A stretch of 64,000 bases of DNA from NCBI GenBank assembly GCA_000002445.1, contig CP000066.1, forward strand, positions 1,216,001-1,280,000, read 5' to 3'. Source of the DNA: Trypanosoma brucei (lineage: Eukaryota). Positions 53,073 to 64,000 of this stretch are shown here, piece after piece. Position 1 is the first letter of the stretch. Every line of letters starts with the position of its first letter. The notes beneath the pieces are model-generated. The model did no database searches and was not told the origin of the DNA. It saw nothing but the letters and a program-made list of their open reading frames with translations. A program made the translations under genes and the position numbers.

Positions 53073-55112
53073 TCAAGACGGTACAAAGAGTCGCTTCATG
53101 TGTAGACCCCCGGGTTGGCCGGGCTTTGGTCCGTCTGTCTCATGCCGCAACCCACTGGAAACGGCACCAGCGGGATGTTTTGGCTGCTTCCGCTGTTCCC
53201 CCGGCGCCTTCAGTTCCACTTCGTCAGGGTAGCGAACTGCTGTCAACCCGGTGAAGGGTCGTAACTTGTTCCAATTTTCCACCACCTGCAACTGCAAACT
53301 TGTCGTTGAGAGAACATGGACGCTTGTGTCCGGATTCAGCGATTTAAGCATCGCCGCTACGGCGAGCACCCGCTCGGGAGCTGTGATGCGGTCCGGATAC
53401 TTCAAGAGACGCGGTTCATTGTTATGTAGTGCAACCTCGCCACGCATGGCGGCTACCTCCATTCCTTTTTTTGGAGAAAAATCCTGTAGGGTCTCCAAGG
53501 TGTTGGGGAAATCTCCCCTCTTGCGGATTACCAAAGGAAATGCCGCGCCGTGAGCCCCTTCCTTCGGCTCCGACACCGTCTTCCGAAGCAGCTCAACTGA
53601 TTCTGGTGTGATGGGACCATCCACAATGTATGTATGCGCGTTCAGTTGGTGGGTCAGAGGCAGCACACGTACAGCCGGGTGATCTTCCAACAGCTTCTGC
53701 AAGCGCTTCAACATATGTTTTGTGTAGCTGCCCTTGACCGTTCCACTCTCCTCTTTCACCCGGCGCACAAGCAGCCGAATAGAGGAAAGGGGCACAAGAA
53801 GCGAGTCGTAGTGGCTGAGAAGCGACTCAAAGCGTGGGTTAAGGATGATGTTGTGATCCAATACTGCGACGCGACCTTGAACAATCCAACGCTGCGACCG
53901 CAAACCGACAGTCCCGAGGCCACGGGTGGAAACGCTAACAATGTTACCGAGTTGGGATTCAAACACGTTAAAGAAAAGCATCGCGTCTTTCGGGCGACTG
54001 TGAGCCAACAACATGTCAAGAATGGCCAATCCTAGGGCAAGTGTTGAGTTCACTGGATTTCCGGGATCCTCAGTACTTCTACTGTACTCCCGCGCGGCGA
54101 AGCGCACCGCTTCATGATCGAGCTTAAGTCTCGTCAGGTTTGTGAGGACAGCACGATACATACTGTCGGTTACAGGCATGCCCAAGAGGTGTGCCTCGGT
54201 AACACATCGGACAACGTGCGAGGTGTTGTTTGGGTTGAGAGATACCAACGTAGCGAGTGTGTCTTTGCTTGGTTGCACATTGTTCTCCTTCATTGCCTGA
54301 AACACCTCTACACCCTTTTCCCACAAAGCCCCTGCCATCGTCGATATTGTCGCGTTGTACAAACCGGCTGTTACGTCAACGGTCCCACCAAGTGACTGAA
54401 GAACGGAGAGACTCATTTCCCACCTATTGGGCGAACGTGTCTGCTGCATGCACCTCAGAAGTTCCAAGTACACCGTGCTATTAGGTGCCGCTTCGTTTTG
54501 TACTGCCTTAGAGAAGACTGCGAGCCCAACGTCGACAGCACCAGCCCTGCGACACGCGTTCATTACCGTGTGCAGTGCGTAAGGATCGCACCCCATTTTG
54601 TCATCTATCATTGCTGCATAATGTCGTACGGCATCTTTCCACAGCCCGGATGATCGGTAAGTCGCGAGTAATGCGCCGTGTAGCTTCGAGTTGGCCTTCT
54701 TTTCTCGGCATGCCCGTTCCCAATACCGCAGCGCATTTTTGCTGTCCCTGTTATCATTTGCGTGTGCCATGAGTGTGCAGTAGTGCGAGGAGGTCAGCTT
54801 CAGTTTGGCTTCGTCAACCGCTTCTACTACTATCTCTGACCGGTCAAATCGATTTAACGCGCGGCACTTCCGCAGTACCTCAGAGATAGCCTCGTTTGAG
54901 AGTTCATTCATCCCAGTCGCTCTCCGGGTGGCGCTATGCAACTCTGCAATCGGAACCTGCAGTAACATTCCCACGACAGTTGGTTTTGCTTTACTGGCCC
55001 CATGGAGGGCATTTTTGCGCTTTCCGTACAACAGTTTCGCGATGTTGGGACGCTCGTTACGTCGTGAGGGTGCGCGTGGTATGTAACAGCGGTTTAACAT
55101 GATAACAGACAC
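53073..55112 (-). CDS. Helical-repeat (PPR-like) protein with mitochondrial-type N-terminus; C-terminal region of unknown function (possibly nuclease-like)
   Basis: 679 aa. The N-terminus is basic (MSVIMLNRCYIPRAPSRRNERPNIAKLL). Degenerate ~35-aa helical repeats occur (e.g. TYRSSGLWKDAVRHYAAMIDDKM..., TVMNACRRAGAVDVGLAVFSK...). The PPR call is by pattern only. Confidence 0.4.
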   Translation of the reverse strand: MSVIMLNRCYIPRAPSRRNERPNIAKLLYGKRKNALHGASKAKPTVVGMLLQVPIAELHSATRRATGMNELSNEAISEVLRKCRALNRFDRSEIVVEAVDEAKLKLTSSHYCTLMAHANDNRDSKNALRYWERACREKKANSKLHGALLATYRSSGLWKDAVRHYAAMIDDKMGCDPYALHTVMNACRRAGAVDVGLAVFSKAVQNEAAPNSTVYLELLRCMQQTRSPNRWEMSLSVLQSLGGTVDVTAGLYNATISTMAGALWEKGVEVFQAMKENNVQPSKDTLATLVSLNPNNTSHVVRCVTEAHLLGMPVTDSMYRAVLTNLTRLKLDHEAVRFAAREYSRSTEDPGNPVNSTLALGLAILDMLLAHSRPKDAMLFFNVFESQLGNIVSVSTRGLGTVGLRSQRWIVQGRVAVLDHNIILNPRFESLLSHYDSLLVPLSSIRLLVRRVKEESGTVKGSYTKHMLKRLQKLLEDHPAVRVLPLTHQLNAHTYIVDGPITPESVELLRKTVSEPKEGAHGAAFPLVIRKRGDFPNTLETLQDFSPKKGMEVAAMRGEVALHNNEPRLLKYPDRITAPERVLAVAAMLKSLNPDTSVHVLSTTSLQLQVVENWNKLRPFTGLTAVRYPDEVELKAPGEQRKQPKHPAGAVSSGLRHETDGPKPGQPGGLHMKRLFVPS

Positions 55113-55118
55113 CTTAAC

Positions 55119-55142
55119 TAATATATATATATATATATATAT
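55119..55142. repeat. (TA)12 microsatellite
   Basis: A direct repeat is visible. Confidence 0.9.
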
Positions 55143-57859
55143 TTATATGTCCGTGTGTTTTCTGTGAGGATATGCGTTTCCCAATACGCTTTTGCGTGGC
55201 CGCTTCACGTTGCGCTCCCGTTAGAGATGTGTGTGAACCGCGCTGAGGCGAAAAATTGCCGAAGAAGAATGAGAAAGAAAAAAAAAAAGAGAAAGTTGTT
55301 GGATAGTCCAGGTGTTAATGGGTAGCATTTCTTAGCAGCCTTGAGCAGAGGTGGTGAACTGTTTTTTTTCTTGTATTTCCCTTTTTTCTTTTTTTTTCCC
55401 CAGTGACAACACCCTTATTTTCCTACGGGACCGGTAAACAAATATTGTGTTGAAGAAGCTACTTTCCCCCTTTTCTAGATTTGCATACATGGCGGCGGAT
55501 GTGTGCGGTAAAAAATAAAAAAAGGTTTGAGTAAATCTTTAAGACATCTTCTCCCTCTTTTTCATTTTCATTTTCTTTTGCCCCAAGTTCAGTGTTTTCA
55601 TCTGTACACGTTTTTTTTTTGTTCCTGCCTGTAACGCAAATACACAAATGGTGATATCAATATATAAGTATATAAATAGACAAATCCCTTTTGCTGTCTC
55701 TCTCTCTCTCTTTTTTTTTTCTTTCTTTCTTTCTTTTTTCTTTTTTAAACGCTCCGTTCCATATATGTGAAGGTAAAAGGGGAAGGCGTCTGTGTATGTG
55801 GTCAATCAGTCATGTTGGCATGGGGCTCTTTTCTCTTTTCTCTTTTTTCCTTTTCTTTTCTTTAATTATTCATCATATTCTCCCTTCAATGCATCTCTCC
55901 TTTTGCTTCCTTTATTGCTATATGATCCACTTTGCATTATCAGCCACTAACTCAGCGCTGATCCGTTACTTCTTTTTTTCCTTTTCCTTTTCCTTTTCTT
56001 CCTTCAAGGAGTTCTTCGTGTACATTTTATCACGATTTTGCGGTTGGGAACCGCTACACTCGTCTCCCGCCCTCATGCCTCATTTTTCCTCCTCCCCCAA
56101 CCTTTAACTCATTCGCACTTTTCCTGCCATACACAAAAAAACAGACGGTGCCCAAAGAAAAAAAAGAGAAAAAAAAAGATGAAACAAAACAAAACATAAA
56201 AGATAACATAAAAGATAACACGACAACGAGTAGAGTGGAAAAGTGACGTGTAAGTCGGCATTAAAGCGGTGAAAAGTACCAACTGGTGGCTATCGTTACT
56301 AACGGTAAAGCAAAAATACACTACAGAGCTCATGAACGCACATTGAGGCTGCAATGTTGACCATACAAATTCCTTCTCTTAACCTTTTTTTTCTTTGCTC
56401 TTAACCCCCTTTGTGTTTCCCTTTCCTTGCTCTCCTCTTATTTCATCGTTTCAATTCATTCGATTATTTTATTTTATTTTTTTTTATTTTTCCGATTCCC
56501 TCTTCCCATCGTTCATATATTACTGAGTTGAAAAGGACAGGAAAAGGACAGGGGAAAATGAGACGTAAAAGAAGTTAAGGGGAACAGAAAGAACTAAAAT
56601 GAAAAGAAAAGAAAGGTTCGAATAAATAAATACACGAAAAGGAAAATAAAAGGGGGGGGGGAGATGAAAAAAAAAAAAAGAAGCAAATGCACCCACATCT
56701 TTTATGCTCATTGTCCACTTCATTTCCTATCGAACAAACCACCACCATCAACAACAGCGAAGACGACAAACAAACTCCGACAAACGTAATAAAAAAAAGC
56801 GAAATAGGACACTTTATAGATTGACCGACACTTGTAAATCGAAATCCAACTAGCGTACACACGCCGCGCTTCGGTTAAAAAATTTTTTACTTTCTCTCTG
56901 ACTGGAAAACAAAAAGAAAAAAAAAACAAAAAAAAAAAGGGCCCGCAAAAACCAGGAGTTCACACCGCAATGAGTCCGAGAAGGGGATAAGAGTAAACAC
57001 CGGCTCAGCGACAAGTGCCAGTGGGGGAACAGTAACAATAACCGGCCATCCGCGCCCCATACCTTTCACTAAGGTATTTGCAACAAATGGGCGGGCTTTA
57101 ACTTTTAAACCAACAATAATGGGGGAAATGAAAAACAAAAAACAAAAAAAAACAAAACAACAGTAAAAGCGGTAACAATAGAAGGCAAACCGAAGCAATA
57201 ACGTATACAAATATATCAGATAGTAGTAGAAGCCACCGCCATCAGCATAAAGGTATAACAGAATGGAGGGGGAAATATAAAGATAAGAAAAACAAACTAA
57301 CAACACTCTGATAGCCGTATAGCGGGAGCCAACAATACAAATAAAGAGGAAGAAAAGCAGGGGAAAACAATAATAATAACAACAACAAATGGAACCGTAC
57401 CGTGTAGGAGAGGTGCTCAAAACGAGAGAGCCACTAGAGACAATACCACCCATTCGTCCATTCATACATCAATCCAAACACAAACATGCACATGTATGTA
57501 CGTGTAAGCATATAGCTATTTACTCCACACCCCTTCACAACCAGTACACAAAACTCACGGATCCAAAACGTGTAAACAAAAAAAGAAAAAAAGAAAGAAA
57601 GAAAGAGGGAAGTGAAAGAAAAAGAGAGAGGGGAAAAAGAAGAGGGATGACCGTGCGGTGCTTTACTTTCATATCTACTGGTCCCGCCACCGCCCACAAT
57701 TTTTCTTTCCCTCTTGTTCACACACTTTGTTATTTTTCTGCTGGTTCCTCCCCAAAAGAGGGTGTGAGCGCACTCGCACATAAAGAGCATGTGCACATAC
57801 AAGCACTTATACTCTTTGGTCACGCGGCATTAAAACACAACTGCTAACACCGCCTGTGC

Positions 57860-59755
57860 TCACGCCAATTTCTGGACAAGAGTGCAAAACAAGCAGCGTA
57901 CGATGTCCAGTGCAATCACTGAGCCTTTTAAAACACTAAAGTCCAATATATACCCGTCGTCATGGCTTTCACGAATGCGGAAGAGATGAATAAGTATAAC
58001 AACCTGCAGCACTCTGTCCGCACGTTTCTGTTGTGTGTGTTGCAGTCCTTCATCCTCTGCTGAGTCCCAAGAGCTTGTCTCCCTCAAGGGGTTGTATATC
58101 CGTTCAAACGTCACCGCTGTTGGACGGACGAGCAGTTCAAACGAAGTGGGGCTCTTCCACTCCATAGCATACCGCTTAAGCACCTCGTATACGACGCGCA
58201 TCACCCCAGAGGAAGTGAGGTCAGCCATGAGACCGATTCGCCAGCCCACATTATTCTTCACTATGAACTCGCGCTCTTCCCTTGTGTAGATCACGTCTGA
58301 CTTTGCTACGGACCCCACACGCTGGCGCTCAGTGTTTCCACTACTTAGCCTGCTCTTGGAGTCTCTGGAGCATCCCGGCCGAGCCTCGTCAATTGGGTTA
58401 GTGCTTCCACAATCCTCACGGTAAGATGAGTCCAAGGTGCCGCTCGTCTCGGCGTAGGAGTCGGCGCGTTTCCCAATAAAAAACACACCACCCGGGTTAG
58501 GCGGTGTAGCCGCCGCCGTGGCAGCTCCGTGATGTGTCTCCCGCATGGATGCGGGAACGAAGTTACTCCCATTGTAGGCGTGTTTGTTGGATGAGACATC
58601 GCCGTTACCGAGCAGTGACTCCATCACAGGACTTTGCGTCAACAACAGACCGAGGTGCAGTTCCCGCTCCGTTGCCCTAGGCACATGCGTCAGCTCCGTC
58701 CCGTATGTCGTACACCCCATCTCGGTGGTCTCTTTGTTAAGAATTTCATCCGCCCCGTTTCTGAGTATTTTCCGCTGTTCTGCGTCGAATATGATGCTGT
58801 AAGCCACAAATGCCTCACCACGGCCCTCCCTGATGGCAGCGCGGACTTCACGGTCACTCCTGTTAAGGTATTTCGCAGTAGCCGCCGCAGCGGTTGTTGA
58901 TATGCGTTTCTGCTCGTCCACGCGTCTGGGGTCGGCAGGCCAAAGCCGAGCAGGAAGATTTGTGACGAACCATTGGTGATTGTAGATCTGTGGGATTGTT
59001 AGCCGGTGAACTGGATCGACAACTAATATCTTTTCAATGAGATCCCGCGCACCACTGCTGACGTGTGCGGGGATTTTGTAACTACCGCTTTTGATCTTCC
59101 TGAAAAGCGATGGTGTGTCACTCTCGTCGAAGGGCAGGGACCCGCAGAGTAGGGCATAGAGTATAACGCCGCATGACCATATATCTGTATTGGATCCCAC
59201 GTAGTATCGGCCATCAATTACCTCCGGCGCAGCATAATTTGGTGACCCGCATGAGGTTTGTAGGAACTCTCCATCCTTTGCTATGTTGGAGAGACCAAAG
59301 TCGATTAGTTTTACCTGCAGACCCGGACCCAGTAATATATTCTCCGGTTTAAGATCTCGGTGGGCAACCAAGAAGTTGTGACAGTAGTTCACCGCACATA
59401 TAATCTGCTGAAATATGTAACGGGCTTCGTTTTCCCGAAGTTTTCCCTGATTCACAATGTGTTGAAACAACTCCCCACATTCGACATACTCCATGATGAG
59501 GAATATTTCTGTGGTGGTGTAGATGACTTCATACAGACGGCAGATATTAGGGTGGGAAAACAACTGCAGTATCTTAATCTCACGGGCCACCTTTTCATCC
59601 ATTTTTGCATGTTCCAACCTATCCCGATTAATCATCTTCACTGCTACTGTATGCCCTGTGGGAATATGCGTTGCCTCCTTCACTTTACCAAAGCTTCCCT
59701 TTCCTATGGTTTTACCAATGACATAGTTGCCAATAGCCTGTTCACCTTCCGGCAT
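57860..59755 (-). CDS. AMPKA: SNF1/AMP-activated protein kinase catalytic (alpha) subunit
   Basis: The N-terminal kinase domain has GKGSFGKV, VAVK, HRDLKPENILL, DFGLSN and GSPNYAAPEV. The activation-loop context and HPNICRLYEV are typical of SNF1/AMPK. A C-terminal regulatory extension is present. The ORF is 631 aa. Confidence 0.8.
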   Translation of the reverse strand: MPEGEQAIGNYVIGKTIGKGSFGKVKEATHIPTGHTVAVKMINRDRLEHAKMDEKVAREIKILQLFSHPNICRLYEVIYTTTEIFLIMEYVECGELFQHIVNQGKLRENEARYIFQQIICAVNYCHNFLVAHRDLKPENILLGPGLQVKLIDFGLSNIAKDGEFLQTSCGSPNYAAPEVIDGRYYVGSNTDIWSCGVILYALLCGSLPFDESDTPSLFRKIKSGSYKIPAHVSSGARDLIEKILVVDPVHRLTIPQIYNHQWFVTNLPARLWPADPRRVDEQKRISTTAAAATAKYLNRSDREVRAAIREGRGEAFVAYSIIFDAEQRKILRNGADEILNKETTEMGCTTYGTELTHVPRATERELHLGLLLTQSPVMESLLGNGDVSSNKHAYNGSNFVPASMRETHHGAATAAATPPNPGGVFFIGKRADSYAETSGTLDSSYREDCGSTNPIDEARPGCSRDSKSRLSSGNTERQRVGSVAKSDVIYTREEREFIVKNNVGWRIGLMADLTSSGVMRVVYEVLKRYAMEWKSPTSFELLVRPTAVTFERIYNPLRETSSWDSAEDEGLQHTQQKRADRVLQVVILIHLFRIRESHDDGYILDFSVLKGSVIALDIVRCLFCTLVQKLA

Positions 59756-60959
59756 CCTGTACGTATCTGACTTGCGGTGATTCCCTGTTTTCGCTTACTT
59801 TACCAACGACTTAACTCCACCCCGCTTTCGCGTCTGTACGCCGCCCCTTCAATGCGCTTCGCTATTTACACCGAATAGTGCGCTTATTTGTATTTGCAAG
59901 TGTGCTACCACGCGCCTCCTTGTGCCAAATTTCCCCTTTCCCTTTCCCCAGCTGCGTACGAGTGATTTACTGGAGTGGGAAAAAAAGGAGAGGAAAAGCC
60001 TCGAAGTGAGTGGCGTGTCACCAACCTATTCCGCTTCCTCCTTCCTTCCTCTGCTGTACGCTCAGCTTGAAGTGGGGGCGACCGCGTAACGTGAGGAGAA
60101 AAAAAAATCCAATATATATATATATAAATATATATCCTGTCCTTATTCAGATATATTGAAAAGTACCCCACCGCGTACCCCCCCCCAAAAAAAAATGAAA
60201 ATGACAAAAACAGAAACGCAGCCTGATACCTGTCGTACCTGGCCTTTACTTCGCTCCTTGGTCACTTTCCAGTTGTTATTTTTTGTGCCTTTCGGGTTTT
60301 TTTTTCCTTAAACAAAAAACCAACCGGCCCTACCCCCTCCCACGTGTAGAGGGGCCTTCACCTCGCTTCCTCTCTCCTTATAATGATAACAACAACGATA
60401 ATAAGCTATTGTTAATATCGTTTTTATGTTGCTTTGATTAAAGTACATCAGTCGGAGATGGAGAGCAGGCAGCGCGCGGGCGTGGGTGAGGGAGAGGGAA
60501 AAATGAGAACAAGAGATTGAAAAGGAAGGAATATTATTGCTGATGACGCAAAGGGCTAAAAACGCACTGTGCCGAAAACACTCCGTACACGTGGATGGAT
60601 GTGTGCCAAATGGGTAATCCCCATGTAAATAATTTAAGCGAGTTAACCCGTCGCTCCGGGATAGGACCTGTCGACCCACAAACGGTATTAAGCAAAAAAA
60701 AAAAGAAGTGGTGAGGAATGGTGAAAATGATAAGCGAGCAGCACTGGCGACTTAAACACCATAAATCACAGCTGCAATCGCCGACAAGCATGGAGTCTAT
60801 AATGCATGCTCCACACACTCTATGCTGTGCATGCATATTGTACCTAATCAGCAAATTAGCGACACCTGACACTTATTTGCAGCGCATACGTGTACTTGCC
60901 GTTGCTTTCCGTTCACCACTGCCACCGCTACGACCGCTTTTAACGTTAAAACCACTATG

Positions 60960-63149
60960 TTACGCAACGGCCGTCTTTGGTAGTGTCATTCCCGTCAAAG
61001 GCATAATGTCAGCTGGCAATGGTGGGACGAGGCACTTTCCCGGATTTGTGCGTTCCCAGCGCCTCACTTTGAAGACAGCAACTATCATATCAAATGGGTG
61101 AAGTCTTCCCACAACATGCGCAACCAGCAGGAAATCAGCCAGCAGCACCCTCAGCTCCAGCGGTTTCGATACAACACCAAACTCCACGGTCAACGAGCCC
61201 CGCGCAAACGGGTTCAACGCTCGTGAATGCTGCGGTGTGCTTAGCACCTTCGGTCCCGTTAATGCCACCCCACCAGGCCACTGCCGCCGGTACAGTGCCC
61301 AGTAGAAGAGAGGATAAAGTGGAAGGTAAAGTGTGAGGTGGGCAGCTACCAGCAATGCTCCCTGTAACAACCATACGGCAATACATATGAGAGCAAAATA
61401 CACATGGTAAACAGCCAATGTGGGGAGGAGGAAGACAATAATGGTGAAGATCACGGTTGCCACGAGGGTCTGCTCAACGGGAAAGTCATATGTATCGGTG
61501 CGGTGTCGCAGGGGGTTATGCTTCTTGCCTTGGAACTGGAGGAACAGGTTCCGGAGCATGAAACGTGCAAACCGATACGGCAAGGAGACGCTGTGGAATA
61601 CCAAATATAAGTGGAGGGAGGCAATTAAGCACAGGTCCGCAACGAAGGCGAATGCACAGCTAGCACCTAACGGCGCAACGAAAATCAGCAACTTGTAGAA
61701 TAAGCCTACATTGCTAAGATCCTCAACGGAGGCCCAGCTCGCCTCAAGTACAGCCTTAGCGATGCAAGATAACGTCATACTGAGGTCTCCGTTCATCTTA
61801 AGACCTGCGGGCCATCCTTCAAACCAGTCCATGTATTCCATGTGAAGGTCGTACAGGAGCCACCGGCACCAAGACACAGCCTTTGTCACCAATAAGCCGC
61901 TCCCGTGTGATAACAGCAAACTCAGAAGCATCCCACATATTGTGTCCACCGCAAAACGAACAAGGAAATCAACGACGCAGAAACGCCGCAGTGCAGGATC
62001 GTTGTGTTGAATGTGAGGTAACACAGGATGAAGACAACAGACTCTTGTATCCCCTCTTAGTAACAAAAGCCAATGGATCACCATACGGAGGCGAAATTCT
62101 AACAGAGCTGCAGTGTACGAGACGTTCCCAGGCCACTTGAGCACGAGGTGGAACACCACAAGTATTTTTGTGAGAAAACCGGTAAATCTGTTGCCGCAGT
62201 TTTTCCAGTAAGCACACAGACGTGCCGTCGCAGCGGTGCCATCTGTGGCGTTGCTAACCTTATTCTCACACAATTCTCGCAGTATCTTGCCGTATGCACT
62301 GGCCCGTAGTAACGAGCTAAGCTCCCCATAGTCAGTACTTGTGGGGAAATCAAGCCGCGGATGCAACTCCCCCCCAAATCTAGGGGTTTCCGAACCTCTA
62401 ACACTTTGTGACTCAGTGCTTCCTTCGCCCGAACCTGAGCTCCCCACAGACACGCGGTCGTCCTCTGTTCTTTGCTTTGCCCCTTCCTGTTTTTCCTCCT
62501 CGTCTTGTGTCAGTGGGTCGCTGCCCACCATCCGCCTCATTTTGGTACGCGGTCCTGCTGAATGGACCATGTGCGACGGCAACAACACACCTTCTAATGT
62601 GGAATTTGCACCTTCCACGCAAATAGGCTGCATTTTGCCTTCTACCAACTTCACTAAGTCGCCGCGATCGTGCCTGGCCACCGCACTGAAGGCAGTTGAC
62701 GTAACGGCATAAGATACAGTGGGATCACTTCGCAAGACGTGAAGGTGGCATGGCTGCACGGGGGACCCGCAGCAGTACAGTTGATGTAGTAGTGGACCCT
62801 CATTCAGTTCCAGCCATAACTCTGCACGGCTATGCTGTGAACGAACCCACGCGTCTGCATATTCACTCTTGTCCAGTGTTGCTTGTTTGCTGTGCATCCA
62901 GCCCAGTATTAGCAGCGATGTTGCACTGGGGACGTCCTTGTGCTGCTTCCGATGGGCAGTAGCGCGAATGTCTCCTTCGCTTTCCTTTAACTTGTTGAGA
63001 GCCGCTGTCGCGTTCTCAACACGCGGATCGTGCACAACTGCGACCACAATGACGAGTAGTCCATGCGGGTTCCACCCAATCAACCACCCACCACGTTCCT
63101 GCTCCTTGCGAAACGGCCACATTATTATGCATGTGTTGGTTACCATCAT
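60960..63149 (-). CDS. GPI1: GPI-GlcNAc transferase complex subunit GPI1/PIG-Q
   Basis: It is multi-pass hydrophobic. The conserved Gpi1 block MEYMDWFEGWPAGLKMNGDLSMTL (W-x-x-GWPAGLKLN) is present. The ORF is 729 aa. Confidence 0.7.
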   Translation of the reverse strand: MMVTNTCIIMWPFRKEQERGGWLIGWNPHGLLVIVVAVVHDPRVENATAALNKLKESEGDIRATAHRKQHKDVPSATSLLILGWMHSKQATLDKSEYADAWVRSQHSRAELWLELNEGPLLHQLYCCGSPVQPCHLHVLRSDPTVSYAVTSTAFSAVARHDRGDLVKLVEGKMQPICVEGANSTLEGVLLPSHMVHSAGPRTKMRRMVGSDPLTQDEEEKQEGAKQRTEDDRVSVGSSGSGEGSTESQSVRGSETPRFGGELHPRLDFPTSTDYGELSSLLRASAYGKILRELCENKVSNATDGTAATARLCAYWKNCGNRFTGFLTKILVVFHLVLKWPGNVSYTAALLEFRLRMVIHWLLLLRGDTRVCCLHPVLPHIQHNDPALRRFCVVDFLVRFAVDTICGMLLSLLLSHGSGLLVTKAVSWCRWLLYDLHMEYMDWFEGWPAGLKMNGDLSMTLSCIAKAVLEASWASVEDLSNVGLFYKLLIFVAPLGASCAFAFVADLCLIASLHLYLVFHSVSLPYRFARFMLRNLFLQFQGKKHNPLRHRTDTYDFPVEQTLVATVIFTIIVFLLPTLAVYHVYFALICIAVWLLQGALLVAAHLTLYLPLYPLFYWALYRRQWPGGVALTGPKVLSTPQHSRALNPFARGSLTVEFGVVSKPLELRVLLADFLLVAHVVGRLHPFDMIVAVFKVRRWERTNPGKCLVPPLPADIMPLTGMTLPKTAVA

Positions 63150-64000
63150 CAGAAAGCCGCACCAGAGTCGGGATCGAATTTTATAGCAGCTTCCACTCGC
63201 GTCCTTTGCACTCCCGTGCCCACTGCAGCGCTTTCCCTCGGTTGTCCTTATCCAACAAACTCTCCTGCACGTCCTTTTACTGACGGCAGCCCCTCCACTG
63301 CGTTGGACTTAGGGCGAAGGCCTCGCGTTGTGCCCTTTCCCGCGGCTTTGGGGCTCAACGTTCTATTGGATAAACACCACTTCGGTTATCTAAACCTTCG
63401 GATGCAGAGAAAAAAGAAAATTAGGATCACTGAACAGAAACAGAAACACCAAAGCCGTTAAGAGTGAAAATTCCAAAAATGTTTCAGCTCTATAGCTTTC
63501 GTGTTCATTATATGCTGCACAAGAGGTACTCCCCTTCTCGTGCCTGGCGATTCGACGCAAACGAAATTTGCGACATGCTCTGGCAACAGCCAAAACATCT
63601 GTTACCGACATTCTGCTCGACGATCTCTCTCCTAAACCAGAGGGCTTGTCACGACATTCCCCTTCTTTGTTTCGTGATGTATTTCAATCGTATGACCTTC
63701 TCCGTAAGAGCGCCTAAGGAGGTTTGTGCGTGGGAGAGTGCAGTTCCATTGCTTGCTATTTCACGGCACTATACTTGACGCATTGAAAGGATATTGCATA
63801 TCTGTCCACAGGCTGGTGCGAGCCACCTGACCGCTTGCTTACGGCCATCGACGCGCCATCGGTACCCCGCGAAGTTGTAATTTAGGATATTTAACTCACT
63901 TACAAGTACCCCCAACGGCTAAAGCGGCATACGCACCGAAGCGTACAAAAAGGTAAGAGAAATGCCGACCAGTGCGCCTGCGGAGAGGTGGCGACAAGAT

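Noticed and set aside
56887-57465. 192-aa and neighbouring ORFs in the 55.1-57.9 kb interval
   Set aside because: They are translations of homopolymer/dinucleotide-rich UTR sequence (poly-F/L/C/Y proteins). They are not credible genes.
1-64000. CRISPR arrays, operon-like defence islands, mobile-element ORFs (transposase/RT)
   Set aside because: No short direct repeats with unique spacers are present, and no RT/integrase/transposase motifs appear in any frame. The sequence is a eukaryotic (kinetoplastid) nuclear locus where such systems are not expected.

Overview
The base composition, codon usage, dense intron-less ORFs separated by low-complexity (TA)n/(CA)n/homopolymer-rich spacers, and the protein set (paraflagellar rod protein, class I fumarate hydratase, GPI1, SAM50, AMPK alpha) indicate a kinetoplastid nuclear chromosome segment, most like an African trypanosome. 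The gene order recalls the T. brucei PFR1 (PFR-C) locus; this is from memory and was not checked against a database. Every convincing protein-coding gene (29 CDS) is on the minus strand, so the window is one directional polycistronic array read from high to low coordinates. The left edge holds a tandem array of near-identical paraflagellar rod protein genes (one full copy plus one partial copy, 2163-bp period). The most unusual feature is a ~10 kb ORF-free tract (13.3-23.5 kb) inside this same-strand array. It contains three RNA polymerase III tRNA genes (Ser-AGA, Leu-CAA, Ser-CGA), two candidate tRNA-adjacent small-RNA elements, a perfect 51-bp inverted repeat, and a G-rich (transcribed-strand) segment immediately upstream of the next gene. 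Together these are consistent with an internal head-to-tail transcription termination/re-initiation boundary. No prokaryotic-style systems (CRISPR, operons, defence islands) are present or expected. Protein calls are based on motifs I recognise by eye; no database searches were run.
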